From Paramoeba atlantica (lineage: Eukaryota > Protista > Discosea): DNA of 64,000 nucleotides. Below, in pieces: positions 54,169 through 64,000 of this stretch. Within the stretch, counting starts at the first letter, position 1. Each line of letters begins with the position of its first letter. The stretch lies in NCBI GenBank assembly GCA_977017575.1, contig CDRNVI010000023.1, forward strand, positions 394,850 through 458,849. Direction: 5' to 3'. A program made the position numbers and the translations under genes. The notes under the pieces are model-generated. The model did no database searches, was not told where the DNA came from, and saw only the letters and a list, made by a program, of their open reading frames with translations.

Positions 54169-56844
54169 ATGAAATACGTCATCATCACAGGTGGCGTTTG
54201 CAGTTCTCTTGGCAAAGGTGTCGCGACCTCTTCCTTGGGTGTTGTCCTGCAATCCTATGGTTATCACGTCACCGCGATTAAAATTGATCCCTACATCAAC
54301 GAGGATGCTGGACTGATGAGTCCCTTCGAACATGGCGAAGTTTATGTCCTAGATGACGGAGGCGAAGTGGATTTGGATTTGGGCAATTACGAACGCGCCC
54401 TGGGTCTTACCCTTGCAAGAGAAAACAACATCACCACAGGCAAGATTTATCGCCGGCTGCTCACAAAAGAGCGCAAAGGGGAGTATCTGGGAAAAACCGT
54501 TCAAGTCGTTCCGCATTTTACTACAGAGGTGAAGAGACACATAGAACGCGTATCTCGTATTCCCACGGATGGAAGCGAGGCGATACCGGATATTTGTTTA
54601 ATCGAGGTCGGAGGAACGGTAGGTGACATTGAGAGCATGCCTTTTCTCGAGGCGCTGCGTTTGATGAAGCATTCCCTTCCCGAGGACTCCTCGTTGGCCA
54701 TTCTCCATCTCAGTTATCTTCCCCGGCTGAGTGGGCAGAAAACAAAACCCACACAGCATTCCGTTCGTGCGCTACAAAGTTTGGGACTACAACCTCACCT
54801 TATTGCGTGCCGCTGTGACACTCCGGTCGAGACCGAGACGGCCGAAAAAATTGCCTCCCTTTGCAATGTTCGTCCCAGCGAGGTCATCTCTTTGCATAAC
54901 GTAGCTTCTCTCTATGAGGTTCCACTCATTCTTCACTCACAAAACATTGTCGAAAAACTGAGTCTACATTTAGGCCTACCCTCCGTAGCTACACGTCCCG
55001 TGCCCCTACCCTCCATACTCTCCGAGGTCTATTCCAACCTTTTATCCCCCGATTCTGCCCCCCAAGATACCAAAACCTCTTCTCTCTCCTTTCTTACAAA
55101 AGAACCACAAGAACAACAAAAGGAACGATCCTTACACGAACAACAACAACAACCTTCTGATACTTGTAGACATCCACAACAACAACAAACTCAACTCAAT
55201 CAACCACATGGTTACCCTCAACAAAACGTGACTCAACCACAACAACAAATTCAACACAACCAATCAAGTGGTTACCCTCAACAAGAAAAACAACAACAAC
55301 AACAAATTCAACACAACCAACCAAGCGGTTACCCTCAACAAGAACAACAACAAATTCAACCCAACCCACCAAGTGGTTACCCTCAACAAGAAAAACAACA
55401 ACAACAACAAATTCAACACAACCAATCAAGTAGTTACCCTCAACAAGAACAACAACAACAACAAACTCAACCCAACCAATCAAGTGGTTACCCTCAACAA
55501 GAAAAACAACGACAACAACAACAACAACAAATTCAACCCAACCCACCAAGTGGTTACCCTCAACAACAACAAGAACAACAACAACCAACACCACAACAGC
55601 CCCAACCCCCCCCTCTCCCCCCACGCACCCCCCCTCCCCTCCTACGCGCGTGGTCGCACCTCTTCCACGCGTCCCGCCTCCCCCCCACCCCCGCCCGCCC
55701 CCCCCTGCGCGTCGCGTTCGTCGGGAAGTACGTCACCCACGGCAGCGGACTCGCCACTGACACCTACTTCAGCGTCGTGAAGGCGCTGGAGCACGCCGCG
55801 CTGGCCTGCGGCCGCCCCCTGGAGCTGTGCTGGGTCGACGCGGAGGCCCTGGAGAGTGAGGACGGGGGCGGGGAAGGGGGGGGGAAGGGGGAAAGTAAAG
55901 CGGGAAAGGGACAAGGGGAACCGCTCGAATCCGTTTGCACCGGACAAGGCACCGTGCGGGAAAACGCGGAGAGGGTTTTGCTCTCGTGTGGTGGGGTTTT
56001 TATTCCTGGAGGGTTTGGCTCTCGTGGGGTTAATGGAATGATCCGTGCTGCGGAGTTGGCACGGACGAAAAAGATTCCCTATTTTGGGGTGTGTCTTGGA
56101 TTTCAAATCGCGCTGCTGGAGATGGCACGAAATGTGCTGCATATGGAAAATGCGGTCAGTGAGGAGTTTGACACGCCCTCGGGTGGGGTGGATGCGAAAA
56201 CAGATACAAACGGGGGAAAGGCAGGGAGTCACGCGGAACCGGGAAAACCAACGCATCATATTCTGAAATGGATGCCTGAGGTGGATCGAGAAACGATGGG
56301 TGCCAACATGCGCCTGGGAAGTCGTCGTGTGTTTTTTCCGGAGGCACTCCAGCAAAAGGATAAAATACTGTCTCCTATCGTGGAAACACAAACAATGAGT
56401 GAAGGCGTGTCCAAAAAGTCTGTGAATTCCAATTCGGAAAAGCTTTCTCAAGAATTTCAGGTCAAACAAGGGCGTGCCACTTCCTCACCACTCTCCATGT
56501 CTTTCCGCATGTACGGTTGTCAAAGAGTGATTCGCGAACGACATCGACATCGTTATGAGTTCAACACGGAGTACAAATCCGATTTCGAAAATTGTGCACA
56601 TGTGACGTTCCCCTCTATGGACCACACTGCTCAACGTATGGAAGGAATAGAGCTCAACTCTTCGGTGCATCCCTTCTTTCTAGCCGTGCAGTACCACCCG
56701 GAGTTCAAGTCCCGACCTTTTTCACCTTCTCCTCCCTTTTATTTGTTTATGAAAGCTGTTGCAGAAGGCCGTGACGGTGTGGATGGTCTGCTGCAGTGCT
56801 TGGGCAATACCCTTCCAGCAGAGCACTACCGCACATCTAAATAA
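54169..56844 (+). CDS. CTPS: CTP synthase with a Gln/Pro-rich repeat insertion
   Basis: MKYVIITGGVCSSLGKG, KIDPYIN, HGEVYVLDDGGEVDLDLGNYER, GGTVGDIES, GATase GVCLGFQ, ERHRHRYE, QYHPEF. Confidence 0.97.
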   Translation: MKYVIITGGVCSSLGKGVATSSLGVVLQSYGYHVTAIKIDPYINEDAGLMSPFEHGEVYVLDDGGEVDLDLGNYERALGLTLARENNITTGKIYRRLLTKERKGEYLGKTVQVVPHFTTEVKRHIERVSRIPTDGSEAIPDICLIEVGGTVGDIESMPFLEALRLMKHSLPEDSSLAILHLSYLPRLSGQKTKPTQHSVRALQSLGLQPHLIACRCDTPVETETAEKIASLCNVRPSEVISLHNVASLYEVPLILHSQNIVEKLSLHLGLPSVATRPVPLPSILSEVYSNLLSPDSAPQDTKTSSLSFLTKEPQEQQKERSLHEQQQQPSDTCRHPQQQQTQLNQPHGYPQQNVTQPQQQIQHNQSSGYPQQEKQQQQQIQHNQPSGYPQQEQQQIQPNPPSGYPQQEKQQQQQIQHNQSSSYPQQEQQQQQTQPNQSSGYPQQEKQRQQQQQQIQPNPPSGYPQQQQEQQQPTPQQPQPPPLPPRTPPPLLRAWSHLFHASRLPPTPARPPLRVAFVGKYVTHGSGLATDTYFSVVKALEHAALACGRPLELCWVDAEALESEDGGGEGGGKGESKAGKGQGEPLESVCTGQGTVRENAERVLLSCGGVFIPGGFGSRGVNGMIRAAELARTKKIPYFGVCLGFQIALLEMARNVLHMENAVSEEFDTPSGGVDAKTDTNGGKAGSHAEPGKPTHHILKWMPEVDRETMGANMRLGSRRVFFPEALQQKDKILSPIVETQTMSEGVSKKSVNSNSEKLSQEFQVKQGRATSSPLSMSFRMYGCQRVIRERHRHRYEFNTEYKSDFENCAHVTFPSMDHTAQRMEGIELNSSVHPFFLAVQYHPEFKSRPFSPSPPFYLFMKAVAEGRDGVDGLLQCLGNTLPAEHYRTSK

Positions 56845-57469
56845 AAACCTGATATGATGAACAAAACAGAGAAAAAACATCGCAGAAATGTGCAAACTCA
56901 AAAAAAGCAGGACAATATCAATATGTATACATGTAGATACATGTAATTGTTTTCCAGAATTCCCTTTCCAATTTTTCCGAATCCCCCTTCCAATTAACGA
57001 AATTTACAGTACGGTGCTCGTAAATTTTTGTGAAACAAAAATGCCGTAAAACACAAATTTGTGAAATATTAAATCGTGAACAAATTTCGAAATGACGTCC
57101 AACCTTTTTTTATTTTTTTATGTTCTTTCTAGACTTTTTACGTATTTTTCAATGGGGGGCGTTGGAGAAATGATTTTTTTAAAATCTCTTGTGCAGAACT
57201 CGAGAAGTACGGCGACGAACACTGACCTGACTGAAGAGCAAAAGGACTGTATTTTCGCCAAAACACGTGGAACATTTAACGGACAATCTAAATCTAAATT
57301 TTGGTTAACACTCGAACTCAAAGCATTTCAATCCACAGAGTAGAACATACTGCCCCCCCCCGTTTAAGCGCACCTCGTTTTCCGTGACAAGTGCGCTTAA
57401 AAGGGGGAGGTCTGAATCACTACGTAAACAAAAATTAGCGCCGCTTCCCGAAGGAAGAAGGAAGAAGGA

Positions 57470-57812
57470 CAAAAGACGATGGTCATACAAACAACGATGG
57501 TCATGCAAACAACGACGGTCATACAAACAACGATGGTCATACAAACAACGATGGTCATACAAACAACGATGGTCATGCAAACAACGATGGTCATACAAAC
57601 AACGATGGTCGTAAAACAACGATGGACTTACAAAAAACGATGGTATTAAAAAAGACGATGGTTTTACACAAACCGATGGTCTTACAAAAGACAATCGACC
57701 TACAAAAGTTAATGGTTTTACAAAAAACGATGGTATTAAAAAAGACGATGGTCTTCCAAAAGACAATGGTATTAAAAAAGACGATGGTCTTACAAAAAAC
57801 GATGGTTTTCTC
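57470..57812. repeat. 18-bp minisatellite array (consensus AAAAACGATGGTCTTACA)
   Basis: Tandem AACGATGGTC-core units read directly. Confidence 0.9.
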
Positions 57813-58005
57813 TCTGGAGCGAATCAATTGTGGTTAAGGAACCACAATTTGGTGGCAAGAATCTGCAAGACCATTGTCGTTGTATTCATTTGTAAGTCTT
57901 GTGTACGTATTTAAGTTGGAAGCTACAAGCTGAAAGTTGTATTTCTCTACTTAAAACATTAAAAAAATTCAAAATTTTGAAAAATGCGAATTTTGCTTTA
58001 ATTTA

Positions 58006-58172
58006 ACCCGATGGTCTTACAAAAAACGATCGTCTTACAAAAAACGATGGTCTCATAAAAAACGATGGTCTCATAAAAAACAATGGTCTTACAAAAGACG
58101 ATGGTCTTACAAAAGACGAAGGTCTTACAAAAAACGATGGTCTTATAAAGAACGATGGTTTCATATAAACGA
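58006..58172. repeat. 18-bp minisatellite array
   Basis: Same unit as 57470-57812. Confidence 0.9.
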
Positions 58173-58349
58173 CGATATTTTTGTTGCGTCATCTTGGATG
58201 ACGTGGTGATGGAAGCCTGTACCGCACTTAAACATCCACTGTTTAAGGAATTTTTAATCTTTTTCCAGGCTCAGAACCAGAACCAAGGTAAAGCTCATAA
58301 ATTTTACTGAGGGAGATACTACTCCCTCGCTACCGTAGGTTAATTCGCC

Positions 58350-59058
58350 GTGCCCGATTTGTGGCCCGATTTCGTGCCCCATTTGTTGCCCGATTTCGTT
58401 TCACGTGAGTTTTCGAAAACAATGTTTACAAAGACGTATGAATCGAATTCAATGACAAGATCACTAATTTTTCAACAATTCCGATGTGTACCCCCTGCCC
58501 CCCCCCTTCCCACCAGGGTGATCATAGAATTTTTGAATTTCTGAAAAAATCTGAAAATTTATGGGCGAAAGTAAAAACATTTATTTTTCTCAAATCAATT
58601 CCTAGAGCGTTTTTTGAGAGTTTGGGGCCTGATATACCCTGTGTACGCTTTGGTTTCATTCGATATTTCTCCACCCTGTGCCAGTAATACACCTACAAAG
58701 GCCAAACTTTACCTGGAAGTGTGTGACACGCAAGGCCGTAGAGGAAGGAGGAGGCACAAGGCAAAAAGGCAGAACGCGGATCCTTTTGTCTTTTTGGCGC
58801 GGCGACGACGACTTCCTCGCGTGGGAAGCTGTAAGAGGTTCTAGGGAGCATGTTTCGATGGCTATGTAACCCAGGCTAAAGTGGACGAGGGAGATACTAA
58901 AGGCACCTTTGGCAAACTACCACAAAACTGGAACGGTATCTCTCGGTTTGTAGAGCATTCTGATGTGGCCCAGGAATCTTTAACGGGAGATACTGTCCCA
59001 GTTTTGCGGTGGTTTGCCAAAGGTGCCCTGAGTATCTCCCTCGTCCACTTTAGCCTGG
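58350..59058 (+). mobile_element. Family-B repeat ending in a 188-bp hairpin
   Basis: Inverted arms CCAGGCTAAAGTGGACGAGGGAGATACT... / ...AGTATCTCCCTCGTCCACTTTAGCCTGG at 58871-59058. Homologous segments occur at 61690-63140. Confidence 0.85.
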
Positions 59059-59121
59059 CTTCTTTACAGTTTATTAAATAAAATACGAAGTTACAGTGAA
59101 GTATTCAAATACGAGTGGATA

Positions 59122-60024
59122 ATTTTCTTTTTTAGGCTCTTCGTTAAACGAGGTGGTTGCTTTCAACTTAGAAGTCACTCATGCTGCGCGCTTCGCGTTG
59201 AAAACTACCGCCGCGTTTAACGAAGAGCCTAAAAAAGAAAATTTAGCCTGGAAAACGGAAAGATTATAGCCAAAAATAGCCGAATTTCGGGTACAAATGG
59301 GGTCATTTTCGCATATTTTTGCTCTCAGAGCACTAAATCCGACATTTGCGCGTGGGAAATCACTCGCAGGCATGAATGAAAGCCTACCGAACGTATTAGG
59401 TAGAGAATGCGACTCCAACCATACCATTCTTTCGACACAAAAATGCCCCTTTAGGTCCGAAAAATACTTTTTCACCTTTTTTAGTCAAAAATGGGTCATT
59501 TTGGGGGGCGCACCACAGTTCGAAGAAGTGATACCTTGCGAAAACAACTGCGTAGAAAGCTAGTGTAGGTCCCAAACTATCAAAATACAATAGGCGAAAC
59601 GATTTTGGAAAAATATTTTTTTTGTCATTTTTTTCGCCAAGTTGAAATTTTTTTCAAAAACTTTTTTCCGAAAAAATCCGAACTTGGCGGACCCGTCCTG
59701 CGGATACGCGGGGGGGGTCACCCCCGGGTAGCGGGGTGGAAAATGCGCGCCAAGACCCCGGCTGCCCTTTCTGCGGTTTTTTTTCGAAAACTAATTTTTT
59801 CGAAAAAATTTGCTCGACCATGCCCCCCCCCTGGACCCCCCCATGGACCCCCCCATGGACCCCCATTTTTTTCAAATTTTTTTTTCAGTTTTGGACCACC
59901 GGAGCCCCCTTTTATATTTTTTTCTTCTATTATATTACTGTGTTCCCCTTTATATTTTCACTGTTTTTGTTCACTTTTTTTTCAATAATCGAGTGTAGAG
60001 CGGTAGTTTTACAACCACCGCAAT
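59122..60024 (+). mobile_element. Complete family-A hairpin element (903 bp)
   Basis: Near-identical to 12112-13029 from end to end. Confidence 0.9.
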
Positions 60025-60358
60025 ATTACGGTTATTTTTAATTACGGTTATTTTTAATTAAGATTATTTTTAGCCCCGAAAACAAATACTTTTTTTCATA
60101 TCTATCACCATCGACCTCACTTTCATACGAAACACAAACCTTTATAAAATGATCACAGACGAATCCAATGGCTTGGGCGCTTAAACGTTGCTCAAAACGT
60201 GTGTTCAAAAATTATTAATTTACGAGTGGATTATATTACGGTTAATTTAATTAAGATTAATTTTAGCCAAAAATAACCTAAAAAGCGTAATTAAATAATA
60301 CCGCAATTAAATATAACACTGTAATCGTTTTTGGGGGAAAAACTTCCCTTTTGAGCAA

Positions 60359-61087
60359 AATCGATGGTCCTATAAAAAAAGGTGGTCTTACAAAAACGGA
60401 TGGTTTGACACAAAACGATCGTCGTACAAAAGACGATGGTTTTACACAAAACGATCGTCTTACAAAAGACTATAGTCTTAGAAAAGACGATCGTCTTACA
60501 AAGTACCATGGTCTTACAAAAAACGATGGTCTTACACACAACGATGGTTTTACAAAAAACGATGGTCTTGTAAAAAACGATGGTCTTACAAAAAACGATG
60601 GTCTTATAAAAAACGATGGTCTTATAAAAAACGATGGTTTTACAGCAAACGATGGTCTTATAAAACAACGATTCTCTTACAAAGGACAATGGTCTTACCA
60701 AAGACGATGGTCTTACAAAAACGATCGTCTTATAAAAAACGATGGTCTTACAAAAAACGATGGTCTTACAAAAAACGATCGTCTTACAAATAACGATCGT
60801 CTTAGACAAAGACGATGGTCTTACACACAACGATGGTTTTATACAAAACGATCGTCTTACAAAAATCGATGGTCTTCGAAAAGACGATGGTCTTACAAAA
60901 ACCAATCGTCCAACAAAAAACGAAAGTCTTACAAAACCGATGGTCTTACAAAACCCGATGGTCTTACAAACAACGATGGTCATACTAACAACGATGGTCT
61001 TACAAAAAACGGTTGTCTTACAGAAAACAATCGCCTTACAAAAAACTATCGCCTTACAAAAAACGATCGTCTTACAAAAAACGAACA
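60359..61087. repeat. 18-bp minisatellite array, about 40 units
   Basis: Tandem AAAAACGATGGTCTTACA variants. Confidence 0.92.
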
Positions 61088-61129
61088 CTAGGGGCCACAC
61101 TGGGCCACTCATTGCCCTGCATTGGGTCC

Positions 61130-61286
61130 ATTGCGGTGGTTGTTTTATTAAGACCTTTATTAAGACCTTTACCTTTTTTAGGCTCTTCGTTAAACGCGTT
61201 GGTAGTTTTCAACGCGAAGCGCGCAGCATAAGTGACTTCTAAGTTGAAAACAACCACCTCGTTTAACGAAGAGCCTAAAAAAGAAT
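61130..61286 (-). mobile_element. Minimal family-A derivative (palindrome plus 3' end)
   Basis: On the - strand it reads palindrome, a short AATAAAGGTCTT repeat, then ACAACCACCGCAAT. Confidence 0.8.
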
Positions 61287-61489
61287 TTTGGAAAAACAAT
61301 ATTTTTACCTTTTTTTGGGTCAAAGAAAAATCGGTCACCCCAAACATTTCGGAATTTTGACCTTGTTGGACCCCCCCTGCGCGTACCAGAGGGGGGGGGA
61401 GGAATTATTGCCGCGGCCTACTCTACTACTTCCCGGCGCTCGATTTTGAAAAGCAAAAAAATCGAAAAAAGAAATCGCGACCTATTCCG

Positions 61490-61711
61490 CCCCCCTGGAC
61501 CTCCCCAATGGACCCCTCCATGGACCCCCCCCTAGACGCCCCATTTTTTTCAATTTTTTTTCTGTTTTGGACCACCGGAGCCCCCTTTTATATTTTTTTC
61601 TTCTAAATCTTCTTTAATATAAACCCCCGCTTATTATTTTAGGCTCTTCGTTAAACGCGGTGGTTGTTTTCAACTTAGAAGTCGCTCATGCTGCGCGCTT
61701 CGCGTTGAAAA
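61490..61711 (+). repeat. Family-A body fragment followed by a truncated palindrome
   Basis: TGGACCCC repeats and TTTTGGACCACCGGAGCCCCCTTTTATA, then the outer arm and loop from about 61637. Confidence 0.75.
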
Positions 61712-63140
61712 AAAATATATTTTTTGGCTTTCACCCATAATTTTTCAGTTTTTTTCTCAAAATCTCTGATGTGACGGATTCTGATGTGACGGAAGAATCT
61801 TTAACGGGAGATACCGTACCAGTTTTGTGGTAGTTTTCCTAAGGTGCCTTTAGTATCTCCCTCGTCCACTTTAGCCTGGATTCGTTTTTTCAAAATTTCA
61901 AAAATTGTTATGATCACCCTGGTGGGGATGGGGGGGGCAGGTACCCCCTGCCAGGGGGTACCCATCGGAATTGTTGAAAAACTAGTTATTTTTTCATTCA
62001 ATTCAATTCATACGTCTGCCTTTTTTCCTTGCGCCTCCTCCTTCCTCTACGGCCTTGCGTGTCACATACTTCCGGGTAAATTTTGGACTATGTAGGTGTA
62101 TTATCGGCACATGGTGGAGAAATATAGAATGAAATCAAAGAGTATACAGGTATAGAAGGCTCCAAACTCTCAAAAAACAGTCTAGGAGTTGATTTGGGAA
62201 AAATATTTTTTTTCGCTTTCACCCATAAATTTTTAGTTTTTTTTGCAAAATTTCAAAAATTGCTATGATCACCCTGGTGGGGAGGTGGGCGGGGCAGGGG
62301 GTACCCATCGGAATTGTTGAAAAACTAGTAATCTTGTCACTCAATTCGATTCATACGTCTTTGTAAACATTTTTTTCGAAAACTCACCTGAAACGATATC
62401 GGGCACGAAATCGGGCACGGCGCCTTCTGTCTTTTTCCCGCGGCGACGACGACTTCCTCGCGTGGGAAGGAGTAAAGCGCCCTAGGGAGCATGTTCGGAT
62501 GGCAATGTAATCCAGGCTAAAGTGGACGAGGGAGATACTAAAGGCACCTTTGGAAAACCACCTCGAAACTGGAACGGCATCTCCCGGTTTGTAGAGCATT
62601 CTGATGTGGCAAAAGGGTCTTTAACGGGTGATACCGTTCCAGTATCGAGGTGGTTTTCCAAAGGTGACTTTAGTATCTCCCTCGTCCACTTTAGCCTGGA
62701 TTCGTCGTACCCGATTTGTGGCCCGATTTCGTGCCCGATTTGTGGCCCGATTTCGTGCCCGATATCGTTTCAGGTGAGTTTTCGAAAAAAATGTTTACAA
62801 AGACGTATGAATCGAATTGAGTGACAAGATTACTTGTTTTTCAACAATTCCGATGGGTACCACATGCCCCCCTCCCTCTCCACCAGGGTGATCATAGCAA
62901 TTTCTGAAATTCAAAAAAAAAACTGATTTATGGGTGGAAGTAAAAAAATATATTTTTCCCAAATACTAGAGCATTTTTTGAGAGGTTGGGGCCTGATATA
63001 CGTGTATACGCTTTGGTTTCATTCGATATTTCTCCACCCTGTTCCGGTAATATACCTACAAAGTCCACACTTTACCTGAAAGTGTGTGACACGCAAGGCC
63101 TTAGAGGAAGGAGGGGGCGCAAGGCAAAAAGGCAGAAGGC
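61690..63140. repeat. Rearranged array of family-B segments (direct and inverted) with a full hairpin at 62511-62700 and a half hairpin at about 61790-61880
   Basis: About 62010-62420 is the reverse complement of 58350-58780; 62708-63140 is a direct copy. Confidence 0.85.
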
Positions 63141-63876
63141 GGAGTTATAAAAGGTAACAGGCATAAAAGGTAATAGGCAAGGTACCTGTGACAAGATCAA
63201 CATACCTGTAACAAGATAACATCTTGTTACAAGGGGGGGTGTTATCCTGTAACACCCTCTACCACATCTTGAAGTAATCCAATGGCTTAGGAATTTGGCT
63301 ACAATTTTTGCGAGGCCGATTCATAGTCTGAAGAGTCTTTCAGCTAACCCTCCCCCCCGCCTCCCCTTTCTGAGACTGAACATTTGTCAGTGTCTTTCTC
63401 CTGGTTTCTGGGTTAGGGGCAATTTTGCGTGACCATGCAATCTCCAATGTGTCTGCCTTCTCGTTGTGCTTGTTCCCATTGTGAGATCTAACTTTGCACA
63501 CGTAACACCTTGTGCCATGGGTGGAGGTGGCGGGGTGGCAAGAACTCAAAGTTTGAAGCACATGGTGCTCAGACGGCGAGTTCAAACCGCTCATCGCAAT
63601 ATTCCCGGCGGCCTCACTCTAAGAGACTAGGCTGAGAACCGACTAGGCCCCGTACTCGGAGGACCGTCCCGGACCCCCCCCTCAGGGAACCAGCTCCCTT
63701 ACCCGGCTTACACCTCTTGGGTGAGCCGTGTTGACGTACAGTTCGTCGACGCAGCGTGTTGGCAACAGCACTTTGGTGCCGCCTTGGTCAAGCGGAAACT
63801 GGTAGAGGACGTCGGCCTCGGAACTTCCAAATCTGTCTGTGAAGGGTCTGGCTTGCCAGTGACCATCCGGAGCAAT

Positions 63877-64000
63877 CCGGAATGATTTGGATTTTTTTTT
63901 GGATTGGTCACAGACCCATGTGTTTCAAAATGAGAGGAAACATAAACAAGAACAAATGCCGATATGGCATTCCATCCAATCCAAATCCAAATCATTCCGG
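63877..64000. mobile_element. Small MITE-like element reaching the window edge
   Basis: CCGGAATGATTTGGATTT at 63877 and its reverse complement AAATCCAAATCATTCCGG at 63983-64000. Confidence 0.65.

Noticed and set aside
57006-57345. TACAGTACGGTGCTCG as a Tc1/pogo-type TIR
   Set aside because: No convincing inverted partner was found in the window.
57470-61087. Regularly spaced short repeats resembling a CRISPR array
   Set aside because: The units are contiguous with no unique spacers, there are no cas genes, and the context is eukaryotic.
60291-61242. Long ORFs of repeated CKTIVF / KNDGLT hexapeptides (also 57305-57837), suggestive of a beta-helix or ice-binding protein
   Set aside because: They are the automatic translation of an 18-bp minisatellite. 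Several frames on both strands are open, and there is no non-repetitive domain or consistent start.
5110-61286. Family-A palindromes as integron attC-like sites flanking LRR gene cassettes
   Set aside because: They are not positioned consistently at LRR gene ends, one copy disrupts an LRR gene, they belong to a longer element, and no integrase is present.
61172-61620. Apparent flip/flop inversion of the palindrome relative to the element body
   Set aside because: Better explained as a - strand mini-element (61130-61286) adjacent to a separate body fragment.
1-64000. tRNA, rRNA, snoRNA or spliced-leader RNA genes
   Set aside because: None recognised by eye; tRNAscan-SE or Infernal would be needed to exclude them.

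Overview
Intron-less eukaryotic genomic DNA in which every recognisable host gene lies on the + strand. This fits a kinetoplastid polycistronic gene cluster; the kinetoplastid-type CTP synthase and a candidate editosome protein support that, and a Perkinsela-like lineage is my inference only. Housekeeping genes: ubiquitin-specific protease, divergent PCNA, DnaQ-like exonuclease, PRA1, separase, NOP58, ER Hsp70 (HYOU1/Grp170), a U2AF65/PUF60-like RRM protein and CTP synthase. Nine paralogous short LRR genes are interleaved singly between them, one disrupted by an insertion. Mobile DNA is abundant and nested. It includes a non-coding ~0.9-kb element with a 121-bp terminal palindrome and no clear TSD (Helentron/HINE-like), a 2.9-kb element with hAT-like ends that carries a Harbinger-type (DDE_Tnp_4) fragment, and a Tc1-like element with DD51E spacing inserted into a DIRS/TATE-like RNase H remnant. 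There is also a second hairpin repeat family, 18-bp minisatellite arrays and small MITEs. Several genes show a sharp switch from C/A-rich to G/T-rich sequence. All calls come from motif reading by eye; no searches were run.
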